A DNA stretch of 64,000 nt. It comes from Thecamonas trahens ATCC 50062. Lineage: Eukaryota; Protista; Apusomonadida. Made by a program: the position numbers and the translations under genes. Shown piece by piece: positions 17,718 to 28,320 of this stretch. Each line of letters starts with the position of its first letter. Position 1 is the stretch's first letter. The stretch lies in NCBI RefSeq assembly GCF_000142905.1, contig NW_013657637.1, positions 202,971-266,970 of the forward strand, read 5' to 3'. The notes beneath the pieces are model-generated. The model had not been told where the DNA came from and made no database searches. It worked only from the letters and a program-made list of their open reading frames with translations.

Positions 17718-20663
17718 GTGGCGTGTCTTTACCTCCCCGTCGCTGCCCTGGCCAATTTAGCTCGGTTTGGCTGCCGACAACACGTGCTGACCGGTAACTA
17801 CGCAGCGGATGACCCGTGGCAGCACCCGTCCCCTCACTACCACCCACCCCACCCATCCCCCCCCACCCCCTCCCCCATATCCCCTTGGTCTACAGGTGAC
17901 ACGGCTGCGGTGGGGCGATTGGTGGGCGAGGCATCAGTCAATATGCTGGTGGATGGCCGCCTGGCATTGGTGGAAGCGGCCGGGGCGGGTCATGATCGGG
18001 CGGTGGAGGCGCTGTTGGCGGCTGGGGCAGAGATCGATGGTGTGGATGCCCGTGGATGGTCGCCGTTGTTGGCTGCTGCGGCTGCTGGGCATGATGAAGT
18101 TGTCGAGCTACTCGTCGATGCAGAGGCAGAGCTGGATGTCGCCGCCAACGAGCCGGATGGCCTCACTGCCCTCGCTGCTGCTGCCGAGGCTAACGCCCTC
18201 GATGCAGCCGAGGTTCTACTGGTGTATGGCGCAGGCGCCACCGTGGCTCCCCCGGCCTGGCTCGGCCTCACTCCCATGCTTCTTGCTGCAGGTCGCGGCT
18301 ATACTCGCATCGTCGACCTGTTCCTGGAGGAGAGCGCCGGCAAGACGGACGCGCTGACCACTCCTGACGGGCCGCTGGGTCCTGCTGCGCTCGCCGCCCT
18401 CGGCGGCCATGGCGAAACCCTCAACGCGCTGATCAAGGCCGGAGTTGTTCCGCCGCGTGCCGGTGTCCCGCTCATCACCGGCATGGTCATGGATCCTGAC
18501 ATCGAGGCGCTCTTGCTCTCCAAGTGCTCGGTTGTCATTGGCCCGCACTCTACCGATCTTGCACCTGCACTTCGCAAGCTGCTTCAGTGGCCCGACGCTT
18601 CACCTGCGCCCGCACCTGTATCTGTGCCTGTACCTGCGCCTGCGCCTGCGCCTGCTCCGGCACCGGCACCCGCCCGAAACGGACTCGACGATGACGACCT
18701 GCTGCTGCTGCAGGCGCTCGGCGGCTCGTCGGCTACGCTGGCCAATCCCGACCCTTTGCAACCACCCACTGCTGCTGATGACCGCAGCGATGACAACGGC
18801 GACGAAGAGTCGCTCGGCGGTGAGTCGGCGTTTGTGGCCGGACACGGCCACGGCTACGACCGCCCGCCGCCCAACCCCATCCCACAGCGGCTGACCTCGA
18901 TGATGTCGGCCGTCTCGACCGAGACGACCGAGACGACCGAGACCGGTCGCACAGGTGCCATGCGCCGCTACTTAGACGAGCTGGACCAAGAGTACGAAGA
19001 CGTGTTGGACACTGTCGGCGTCTCTCCCGCCGTCCTCGACTACGAGCACCGCGTACCTGCCGCCAAAGTCCACACCCGCGCTCTTGCTGAGCAAGAGGCC
19101 GCCGAAGCCGCGGCCAAGCGGGAGCGGGAGCAAGAGGCCGCCGAAGCCGCGGCCAAGCGGGAGCGGGAGCAAGAGCAACAAGCCGCGGCCAAGCGGAAAC
19201 GCGAGCAGGCAGAAGCTGCCGCGGCCAAGCGGAAGCGTGAGCAGGCAGAAGCGGCGGCCAAGCGTAAGCGGGAGCAAGAGGCTGCCGAAGCCGCAGCCAA
19301 GCGTAAGCGGGAGCAAGAGAAGCAAGCGGCGGCCAAGCGTAAGAGGGAGCAGGCAGAAGCGGCGGCCAAGCGTAAGCGAGAACAGGCAGAAGCAGCAACT
19401 GCGGCCGCAGCAGCACGGCGTAGTCACTCGGACCAGGTCCGTCTTCGCCGCGAGGCCGAAGAACGAAAGTACCGAGAAGAGGAGCGGCTGCAGGCCCTCA
19501 TCGAAGAAGATCGCCGCCGCCAGGCCGCCGCTGACGCTGCAGTCCTCACACCGCTGACGCCCACCTCACCCGTCACACCCACCTCCCCCACACCGGCTGT
19601 GGCTGCTGCCGCGGCGTCCATCGAGTCTCTCCAAGACGAGCTGAAAAAGGCTGACGCTACCATCGCGGCGCAGCAGATCAAGATCACCCGTTTGCGGACC
19701 GAGCTCGCCTCTGCCAGCGCACAGGTCCGTATCCTCAAGGGCCGCGATGAGACCCGCAGGGCCGCCGCTGCTGGCGTCGCCCTCGCTCGTGGCGACCGCA
19801 AGCGGCAAATCGAAGACGAAATCGCTCTCCTCCGCACAGAGTACGCCGCTTTGGTTGCCGCTGACTCGCCACAAAAGCGCGCTTCGCCGTCCAAGGACCG
19901 CGCGCGTCAGCGCGAGCTCACTCGTCGCACACCGGCGCGCCACTCCTCACCGCCGCCCGCCGCCCGGCGTCGGGCAGCCTCAACCCGCCCTGGCCAGCGC
20001 TCCTCGCCACCTACGCGCTCGTACTACGCGCTCTACAAGCAGGCGCGCGGCCTCCCACCCACGCCGCCGTCGTCTGACGAAGGTGATTTAGTGTACGAGT
20101 ACGAGTACGCGTCAGACGATGACGACTTTGACGAGCTCGACTACAAGCCGCGGATCCGCACCCGCCCGCGCGCAATGACCAATTCACCTGCTCCATCACG
20201 TCGTCCGCACCCTTCCGCGCGGCGCAGGTCACCGCATCGCGCTCGCCGCACCCGCAAGGTTCGCAAAGTGCCCAAGCCGTCGTACATGCGCTCGTCCCGC
20301 GACGAGGCCCGGGTCCGTGCTCTGCGCGCAGAACTCGAGGCCCGCGAGCTCGAGCCGTGCTCGTTCAAGCCGAAGCTCAACACCCATTCTCGTGCCCTTC
20401 TCGAGCGCCGCAAACGCCGCACGTCTGACACCAGGCCCGCGTCCGGCCCAGAGCCCAAGTCCGAGCATGACGCCACCGCAGCTCCAACCCGCTTTCTCCA
20501 ACCCGGATTTGTCCCCTCACCGGACCGTGAATCACGCGCCCGCTCGCGCTCGCGCTCACGCCCGCGCCATCACCAGCCGCGGGTCGGCCCAAAGTCGGCA
20601 AAGAACCATGGTGCTGTCTCGGACTCACACTCGGTCTCCTGCAGCCGACCTTCCCAAGCTTAA
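17718..20663 (+). CDS. Ankyrin-repeat protein with charged helical repeats and a low-complexity basic C-terminus; start uncertain (first in-frame ATG 17943)
   Basis: GWSPLLAAAAAGHDEVVELLV, GLTALAAAA and GLTPMLLAAGRGYTRIVDLFL ankyrin motifs, followed by E/K/R/A-rich repeats. Confidence 0.8.
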   Translation: MACLYLPVAALANLARFGCRQHVLTGNYAADDPWQHPSPHYHPPHPSPPTPSPISPWSTGDTAAVGRLVGEASVNMLVDGRLALVEAAGAGHDRAVEALLAAGAEIDGVDARGWSPLLAAAAAGHDEVVELLVDAEAELDVAANEPDGLTALAAAAEANALDAAEVLLVYGAGATVAPPAWLGLTPMLLAAGRGYTRIVDLFLEESAGKTDALTTPDGPLGPAALAALGGHGETLNALIKAGVVPPRAGVPLITGMVMDPDIEALLLSKCSVVIGPHSTDLAPALRKLLQWPDASPAPAPVSVPVPAPAPAPAPAPAPARNGLDDDDLLLLQALGGSSATLANPDPLQPPTAADDRSDDNGDEESLGGESAFVAGHGHGYDRPPPNPIPQRLTSMMSAVSTETTETTETGRTGAMRRYLDELDQEYEDVLDTVGVSPAVLDYEHRVPAAKVHTRALAEQEAAEAAAKREREQEAAEAAAKREREQEQQAAAKRKREQAEAAAAKRKREQAEAAAKRKREQEAAEAAAKRKREQEKQAAAKRKREQAEAAAKRKREQAEAATAAAAARRSHSDQVRLRREAEERKYREEERLQALIEEDRRRQAAADAAVLTPLTPTSPVTPTSPTPAVAAAAASIESLQDELKKADATIAAQQIKITRLRTELASASAQVRILKGRDETRRAAAAGVALARGDRKRQIEDEIALLRTEYAALVAADSPQKRASPSKDRARQRELTRRTPARHSSPPPAARRRAASTRPGQRSSPPTRSYYALYKQARGLPPTPPSSDEGDLVYEYEYASDDDDFDELDYKPRIRTRPRAMTNSPAPSRRPHPSARRRSPHRARRTRKVRKVPKPSYMRSSRDEARVRALRAELEARELEPCSFKPKLNTHSRALLERRKRRTSDTRPASGPEPKSEHDATAAPTRFLQPGFVPSPDRESRARSRSRSRPRHHQPRVGPKSAKNHGAVSDSHSVSCSRPSQA
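19090..19400 (+). repeat. Coding tandem repeat (about 33-39 bp units) encoding EQ(E)A(A)EAAAKR(K/E)R
   Basis: About 8 imperfect copies of gccgcggccaagcg...gagca. Confidence 0.85.
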
Positions 20664-20724
20664 CGCGTCGTCTGGCTCGCTTGAGCTCCGTAGCGTGCTC
20701 CGCCACTCCCGGCGATAGTTGCCA

Positions 20725-23700
20725 CTATCTCGTCCGGAGGGCAGGAGGTGGATCAAAGTCCGCGGGTGAGAGCGATGTGGAGCCACGGCTGGTCTTGGAA
20801 GCGCCTTCGAGGTTCGCAGAGCGACGGAGGTCGACTGTCGAGGAGGTGGCGATTGGGCCGACTCGGCTGGACTGCCTGCGGAAGAACGAGCGCTGGCGAG
20901 GACGCCCGAGGGCCGACGCCGCTGGAGTCGCCGAGGCGGCGTTTGATGTCGACGGCATGATGAGCGTGGATGAGAGCGCGAGCGAGGGCCGGGCGGAGGT
21001 CTCGGTCGTTTTGGAGGGAGTAGTAAAGATACGTGAGTCCGACGACCGCATCGAAGAGCCTGAAATCGACTTTCGTCGACGGGTCCGCCGTGAAATCGAT
21101 CGGGAGCCCGACCGCGACATGGTTGCGTTGCGGCTCATCGAGTAAGCGGTAGGCCGCTGTGGATCACGCGCCGAGAGTGGAACCCTCGACAAAGAGAGAG
21201 TGCCGTCATAGGCGACAGAAATGGAGCGCATGCTGGCGAGCGAGGTGGACCGCTCACGGCTACTATCACTGCCGAGTCTGGGCGAGAGGTGGAGCTGAGA
21301 TGCATCACGGACGCGCCGGCGGCGGCGCTGGTTTCGAGTTGACTGCGAATTGAGACTCTGCAACTCGCCCATAACCTCGACCAGGCCAGAGAGCGAGGTC
21401 ATGGACTGCTTCTTAACCTTGTGCGAACCGTGGCGGGTGGAGATGGTACGGAACGACTCGATCGACAGCCTCGGCTGCGAGGCAGACGAGGCGCGAGGCG
21501 CCCTTGGCGATGACGAGACTACGCGACGGCGAGTGGATGAGGCTGAAGGTGTGGCTGAGATGGAGCTCCGCCGCTCAGTTGGCGACCGGTGAGCGGATCG
21601 GCGGGGACTGTTCGGCACAGAAGCAAACGCCAAGGTGTCACTGGTGTTGTCGTCGCGCAACGGCGGCGCCGAGAGTGCTGGCGTGTACGCCATCTCGATG
21701 GGCTCGACATCAACCCGACGGCTCGCCAGCGCGTCCTGCAGCTGCTGCTCCTGGTGCACGGATTGCTGCCGCCAGATCTGAATGATGGCGGCAAAGAGAG
21801 CAACCGAGGTGACGATGCCGAGTCCGCCCACAAAGTAAAGGAGCGGCGAGTGTGTGTAGACAAAGTACAGGATCTGACCGCATGAGGCAATGCCAGCGCC
21901 GTACGAGAGCCAGGCGTGAAGGGGTGCGAATGGGTTGATGACGGCCACGGTAAGGATGCTGATGGCAAAGTTGACGAGAGCGGCAAAAAGGCGCGCGTCC
22001 GGCTGGATGACGAGGACTGATTCGGCGGCAAAGGCAAACGAGATGAGGAGCTGAAGCGAGCGGAACCAGAGGCGGCCGGCGCGCAGGCCCCGGACGAAAA
22101 CGCCGTACCGTTCAAGGACAAGCGGTCCAATGGCTGCATTGCGAGCGAGAGAGAGCGCAATGATCACGACAAAAACGGGAAGGCCGAGCGAGAAAAGGAC
22201 GAGAACGGCCCAGGCGAGGAGGGCAACGGTCATGTGCTTGCCGTGGTAGCACAACTCAGTCAGCTCGATGTTAAGGCGCAGCTTACCATCGCCAGCTTTG
22301 ACGCAGTGAAGGGCCTGGATGGAACGGACAGCCAGCTGGAGATAGGCAAGGGTGCCGAGGATGATGACTGCATGAACGTAGCGCGAGCGATGCCGGCGCG
22401 CGACAGCCATCTTGAGCTCGGCAGCAACCTGGATCGGCGCCGACGCAAGATGCCGCGGAGTGCCTGGCGCAAAGAGCTGGCGAAGGAGGACGGCGAGAAG
22501 AAAGAGAAAGCCTGCACCGACTATCAGCGCGAGCGTGCCAAAGTATATGGTGGAGAACGGGATGCGCGGGACCGCGCACCCCGGGCGCAGCATCTCGATC
22601 TCAAAGTTGATGATCGATGCGAGCCGGGTGAGCGCGGCGACCACCGGCGTGCCTTCTGATTCGGAGACCATCTGGAAGCCCATCCGGAGCGCCATCGAGA
22701 ACTGCTGCAGTAAAACAACGGCGGCGACGACCATGACTAGCCGCTGGGCGGAGAAAACCACGAGAGCAATGGCAACAAGCGCCATAAATGCGACAAAGGC
22801 GAGAACAACAACGGTGAGCTCGGCGTAAATTGATGAGTCGGAGCCACAGGAGCGGCACACGCCGTTGTCGGAGTAAAACCCGGGTGCACAGGCGGCACAG
22901 AAGCGGCCGGTATAGCCAGCGGCACAGACGGCAGTGATGCGGCGGCCATTTGATGTGGCGAGCGGAAGCGCACCTGCGCCGCCGACGGCGCCGGGACAGG
23001 CGTGCGGGATGCGGCATCGGGTCGGCGGCTCGTACTCGTTGTCGGACCAGAAGCCTGGGAGTGGCCACATGCGTCGGCCGCCGGGGCAGTGGGCGCCATC
23101 AAAGTCCGAGCAGGGTCGGCAGACGGCGGCGTGGAGGACAAAGCCGACGTGAATGCACGGGCCGTTGATGTAGTCAAGGGCGCGCGGGAGGAGGAAGCGC
23201 TGCGGCGGCGCAGACGAATTAGCGCGGAGCGAGCGAACGAGAGTCACAGCATGGTAGCCGGTCTTGTTGGAAGGAAAGGCGCCAAAGATGATGCGAGATC
23301 CATCAGTGGTACGCGATACAGTGGCGATGGTGGCGATGATGGGTGCGTCGGCCGTGGGACTGAGCCACCGCTCACACTCGAGGCTGATGTCGTAGAGAGA
23401 GGCATCAAAGAAGGCGTTGGCGTCGCCGGCGGCAGACATTTCGAGAAGGATGCCGCCATTGAGTGGCGCGGCTGCCGGGTGGACCTGGAGGATGATAGAC
23501 GAAGTCGATTGCGATTGTGGCATCGTCGGTGGCGATTGCGGCAGCGGTGGGTGTGATGGAGGTGGCGGCGATGGGGGCGGAGCCAGCGCTGGCTCTGGGG
23601 CGCACCCGGCTGCACTCACTTGCGGTGAGTAACTACCGGAAGATTGGCAAGTGAGGGTGGTCGATGAGGTGGGGACGTAGCCCGGATGGCACGAGTAGGA

Positions 23701-24432
23701 GATGGCGTCGCCGACAGCAGCGTTCGGGCCACCTGTTGTGGCATCCGCAGCGACGTCTCCATTGACGAGAGCGACTTTGGGACAGACCTCGTAGAAGCCG
23801 ATCTTGAGCGAAATGTCACTGGCATGCATGATACAACAATTGCCAGATGGACAGAGACCGCCAAGCTCTTCAAAGCGGAGAACTGCGGCGGTGCCTGCGC
23901 CCCAGCGAGGCGCGTCGACCATGCGCTGCAGTACTTCGACGAGAACAGAACCAGCAAAGGAGACAGCAGAGCCACCCGAGTCAAGGATCTCGCCAAAGTC
24001 CAGAAGATCCGAGTTAAAGTTGTCGAGCGAGCCGGTCGTGGTCCACTCTGCGCCGTCAGGATGACCCGCCTTCTGGGCAGCAGTGACATCAAAGTAGCCG
24101 ATGCCGAGGCCTGTGGGGGAGTGATCGAGGGAGATGCTCGAGGGAATATTGATGGCAGCATCTGCGATTAGCAGATGGCCAGTTGACGAGGTGAGCGGTG
24201 ATGAGAGCGGGAAGCACGCAGCATAGCGGAAGTTGTGCTCGACGTCGAGTTCGAGATGCGGCACGCTTCCGGACAGAATGGCCCCGGATGTACGATTCAT
24301 GCGGACAACACTGGTCAGGGTTCCCGAGGTGATGTACTGGGTGGCAGCTATTGACGGGTGTTGCAAGATTGTGAGGATGGCGATGATGATGGTGGTGGTG
24401 AGGGTGGTGATGAGGACTTGCTGCCTTGCCAT
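20725..24432 (-). CDS. Cell-surface protein: signal peptide, Sushi/CCP domain, Cys-rich (EGF/laminin-like) region, multi-TM GPCR-like domain, Ser/Arg-rich tail
   Basis: CP...NG...VGDAISYSCHPGY...LTCQSSGSYS...C (Sushi); CPGG...PGFW...CPG...CAAGYTGRFCAACAPGFY; several TM helices; ERYGVFVRGLR loop. Confidence 0.75.
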   Translation of the reverse strand: MARQQVLITTLTTTIIIAILTILQHPSIAATQYITSGTLTSVVRMNRTSGAILSGSVPHLELDVEHNFRYAACFPLSSPLTSSTGHLLIADAAINIPSSISLDHSPTGLGIGYFDVTAAQKAGHPDGAEWTTTGSLDNFNSDLLDFGEILDSGGSAVSFAGSVLVEVLQRMVDAPRWGAGTAAVLRFEELGGLCPSGNCCIMHASDISLKIGFYEVCPKVALVNGDVAADATTGGPNAAVGDAISYSCHPGYVPTSSTTLTCQSSGSYSPQVSAAGCAPEPALAPPPSPPPPSHPPLPQSPPTMPQSQSTSSIILQVHPAAAPLNGGILLEMSAAGDANAFFDASLYDISLECERWLSPTADAPIIATIATVSRTTDGSRIIFGAFPSNKTGYHAVTLVRSLRANSSAPPQRFLLPRALDYINGPCIHVGFVLHAAVCRPCSDFDGAHCPGGRRMWPLPGFWSDNEYEPPTRCRIPHACPGAVGGAGALPLATSNGRRITAVCAAGYTGRFCAACAPGFYSDNGVCRSCGSDSSIYAELTVVVLAFVAFMALVAIALVVFSAQRLVMVVAAVVLLQQFSMALRMGFQMVSESEGTPVVAALTRLASIINFEIEMLRPGCAVPRIPFSTIYFGTLALIVGAGFLFLLAVLLRQLFAPGTPRHLASAPIQVAAELKMAVARRHRSRYVHAVIILGTLAYLQLAVRSIQALHCVKAGDGKLRLNIELTELCYHGKHMTVALLAWAVLVLFSLGLPVFVVIIALSLARNAAIGPLVLERYGVFVRGLRAGRLWFRSLQLLISFAFAAESVLVIQPDARLFAALVNFAISILTVAVINPFAPLHAWLSYGAGIASCGQILYFVYTHSPLLYFVGGLGIVTSVALFAAIIQIWRQQSVHQEQQLQDALASRRVDVEPIEMAYTPALSAPPLRDDNTSDTLAFASVPNSPRRSAHRSPTERRSSISATPSASSTRRRVVSSSPRAPRASSASQPRLSIESFRTISTRHGSHKVKKQSMTSLSGLVEVMGELQSLNSQSTRNQRRRRRVRDASQLHLSPRLGSDSSRERSTSLASMRSISVAYDGTLSLSRVPLSARDPQRPTAYSMSRNATMSRSGSRSISRRTRRRKSISGSSMRSSDSRIFTTPSKTTETSARPSLALSSTLIMPSTSNAASATPAASALGRPRQRSFFRRQSSRVGPIATSSTVDLRRSANLEGASKTSRGSTSLSPADFDPPPALRTR

Positions 24433-24881
24433 TGCGTTTGGATGCCAAAGAACAGTCGTTGGTGGCGAGTGACGGGTGGAGCTAGGTGCGGCACAAGACA
24501 ATCGCGACGAGCAGCGGCCGCCGTAAGGAGGATTAAGGGCAGACTAGCGGTGGTGATGACGTCGTGGAGGGCTTGTAATGCGGTGGTGTGGTGGAGGAGG
24601 CTGACGGGGGGAGGGGGCGGGGCGGGGGGGGGGCCAAGAGGCTGGTCAAGCGTGGAGAGGTAGTGCGGGCGAAACTATCGTCACTGCGCGGATGCGGCAA
24701 TGTTAATTGCGTCACACCGAGACCAAAATGTGCGGATCGTCGAATTAACACGATTATGTACCGGGACAGACGCAACCCCCTCCCCCCCCCCCCTATTGGC
24801 GATGGCGAGCGGCTTCGGCGGGAGGAGGAGGGAGCTACGTCGAGCGTTGCGGAGAGTGGGAGAGTGGACAGCTTGGTGCGA

Positions 24882-26507
24882 TCAGTTGCACGAAGCTGCG
24901 GTCGAGGCTGAGCACCTGCCCGCGCATGCAGAAGCAGGAGAGGTTCCATCGAGCTCGCAGAACGAAGTGAGCTTGGTGGAGAGTGCGTCGAGTTCGTGGC
25001 GGAGGACGGGTGGCATGTCAGCAGGGGTGATGGCGTCGATGGCGTCGAGGACCGCGGACGGCGAGGTAGAGATGGCCGACGTAGCTTGGGCACGGAGCGG
25101 GCAGTTGCGCGGAAAGGCAAGGAGGACGAGGACAAAAATGTGGGCAGGGGTGAGGGTGAACAATCCGGGATGTGACGTGCTCGAGTCGAGGCTGGTGGCT
25201 GGAAGCGCGTCGGCGGCGAGGGCAAAGATAGGGAGGTCGGCGATGGCGGACGCGAGCTCGCGGCAGTAGTCAGCAAGGGCACGGGCTCCCGGCACGGTTG
25301 GATCCGGTGGGGCGGCGGCTACGCCGAGGGCAGACCAGAGCCTGGTCTCCAGCGTGGCGGCTGAGGCAATGGCATCGTGGATAGAGCACGACGAGCTGCA
25401 GTGTTGCGAGAAGGTCGGGATGAGATCGGCGAGGTCAGCGAGGACACCGACGAGCTGCGAGCTGCTCTTGACTCGGCACAGCGACGCGAGCGGAGCGTCG
25501 CTGGACGACTTGGCAAGCACCATCCAGCCGCGCGGGCGGGCTGTGGCCGGATCGAGCGAGCATGCCATGGCAGCGGCAACAAGCGGAAGCGGGGCCCAAT
25601 GCGGCGGGTGCTTGAAGCGGGCGACGTCAAGAATGAGAACCGAGTCGGAGGAGGCATGGTAGCCCCCGATAGGCGAAAAGTGACCGGTTCCGGTCTGGCC
25701 AAGCCCGCTGCGGTCGTATGCAATGACCAGCGCCGAGCCTGCCGGCTCTCGCACTGACCTGATGACATCTGCACGAAAGGCGTCTTCCGAGAACTCGTCT
25801 TCATCAGCGCGGCAGGCCGTCACCACCTCGAGCGCATTGCATTTTGCGAGGCAGGCGAACTCATCGAACGAGATGCCTTCTTCCTTGATCTTGTCGAGGG
25901 CTGGAGGGGTGAAGGGGTGAGGGTGAGGGTGAGTGAGAGGGAGGGGGAGGAGTGGGGGGTGGGGGGTGGGGGGAGGATGATGTGTGTGGTGATGGGGGGT
26001 GGGGGAAGATGATATGTGTGGTGATGGGGGTGATGATGATGATGATGATGGTCATCTTCATGATGACCATCATCACCACTACGATGACCTTCTCCATGAT
26101 GGCCATCCCCACCATGACCATCTCCATGATGCTCATCCCCACCATGACCATCTCCATGATGCTCATCCCCACCATGATCTTCTCCATGATGGCCATCCCC
26201 ACCATGACCGGGGGTGATATTGATGAGGCGTACGCTTGCAGCAATCCAGCAGCTCCTCATCATACCATCGCCATACACCCTTCCACACTCTCTTGGGATC
26301 GACAGCAAGAGCATTGAGAACCATGACCAGAGTGCCCAAGCCACAGAAGGCTGGCTCAGCCTGGGTGGTGAACTGCTCCACTAAGGAGAAGAAGACCTCC
26401 ATATTGCCCTCGGACAGAGCCTCAGCAAACATCTTCCTCCCACGGACAGACGAGAACGCCACACACGTCTCCGGCAGAGGTCGTCGGTAGAACGACGTGT
26501 CATTCAT
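24882..26507 (-). CDS. PCS: Phytochelatin synthase; intron 25901-26233
   Basis: [30 protein letters not shown] (Cys), [30 protein letters not shown] (His), [14 protein letters not shown] (Asp). Splicing gives [15 protein letters not shown]. Confidence 0.95.
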
Positions 26508-26869
26508 ACGTGCTGCTGATGGCTGCTCTCGATGGCTGTTGGTAGTGGGCGTTGCGTCAAGTGGTTGCTGGTGTGCCCGTGGCTGTGACCCGACACGGTC
26601 ACTCGGCGCCTGTCCAACTCGTCTTGTCGCTCCATGGCCTACCTGCTGCTCAATCGGCTGCATCCTACCACGGGTCACCTTTGGATACCGACGCGGATCT
26701 GCTTCTAACGCCTTGCTCTGACATCGCTCATCATCTCGCTTCCGGTTCACGCTGCCGATGAAATCAACAACGTGGCAGTCGCCATACGGAGGTCGCCTGG
26801 TCGCCGCCGATCTGTTTCGTCGCTAATGTGTGGATGGCTGGGTTAGGGGGAAAGAGGGAGGGAAGAGTA

Positions 26870-27842
26870 TCATTGCGCAAAGGCGTGCGAGACAAACTCA
26901 CGGAGATCATCGACGCCTTGGCCGGTGAGAGCGGCGCCGGCGGTGAAACGGACGGTGTAGGGCACCGCAGCAAAGTCAAAGCGGGCGGAGGGCGGGCGAA
27001 GGGCAGCAAGGGCGGCGGCCTGAGCGGCGGCATCCGGGTCCTCGCCGTCGGTATCCTCCAGCCGCGAGGTGTGCATGTCAATGAGGGTGGAGATCTCGTC
27101 AGCGAGCGCGTTCTCCAGAGCAAGAGGCGAGCATGCCGACGGCACATCGGCCTTGTTGCAGAAGACCAGCAGCGGCGTGGCGTTGGCCACCATCGCCGGC
27201 TCCTTCATGACGGTGAACAGATGCTCGGCCGTGACGCGGAGAACCTTGGCATCAGCCGCAGCCACCGCATCGACAACAAAGACCACCGCCGCCGCAGACG
27301 ATACCGCCTGGTGGAGCTTGTACCGCAGCGAGGGATGGCCTGGCAGATCAAGGACCGGCAGGGCGGCGCGGAAGGTGTACCGCCTTGCGCTCGGCGCCGC
27401 TGGGCCCGCCGTAGACTGGGCATTGAGCCACTCGAGCGGAAGCAGGCCACGGTTCTCCTCCATAGAGGTATGGCACTTGCGAAGGGCAGAGGAGTCGCCA
27501 CCAGCCACGGCGACCTGGAACAACGTTGTCTTGCCCGTCCCAGACTCGCCGAGGAGCACCACACACGAGCCACGACGACGGACCGACGAGGTTCTGAGCG
27601 AGTACGCCACCTGCCCAGCAACCACCACCATGACAGCAGCAACCACATACGTCCGGCACAGGTCAGTCGTAGGCAGACCAGCCATTGCCAGCGGAGCATC
27701 GAGGATCCATTCTGTGGGAACCGTCCGTAAGAAGAGGTGTGAGTCCGAGGGGAGGGAGGGAGGGGTGGGGAGGGGGGGGGGGGGGGGGGCTACCGGGTGT
27801 GGCTTCAGCTACGAGCTTGGGGAGGAATAGCAGCCAGTCCAT
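26870..27842 (-). CDS. SRPRB: Signal recognition particle receptor beta subunit (Arf-like GTPase); probable intron 27712-27793
   Basis: N-terminal TM, then GESGTGKTTLF, CHTSMEEN, DLPGHPSLR, VVFVVDA and LLVFCNKAD. Confidence 0.85.
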
Positions 27843-28320
27843 GGTGGGAGGAGTGTGGGTGGGATGGGTGGAAGGAGAAGAGGAGGGAAGGGAGGGGGGG
27901 AGGGGGGGTGAGGAGGGGGGAGAGGTGGGTCTAGTTGTTGGTTCTGGGCCTGGGGCTGGGCCTGGGCCTGGGGCTCGGGTGGTGATGCGGTCGGTCGGTC
28001 GGTCGGTCGGTCGTCGGGTGGTGACACGGCGGTTGGACGACGCGTGGGAAGGCTGATCAAGCGCGTGTAGCGGCACGAGACGATATCAGCTGAGTACTAC
28101 TACATTGGGTGATTCAATCAGGGATCATATCTTCCAGAGTTGGGCGAGCGAGCGACGTGGATGAAGCGGTCGAGCTCGTCAAAAGGCAAGGCGCGATGGC
28201 GCGACGTTGGCCATGACGCGCAGCTGCCGACGCCGGTAGGATGGTCATGCGGGCGATGCACGTGCGATGCACTCTGTGTCTCAGGCTACATCGATAGCTA
28301 CTGCGGGGTGTGCAGAGGGT

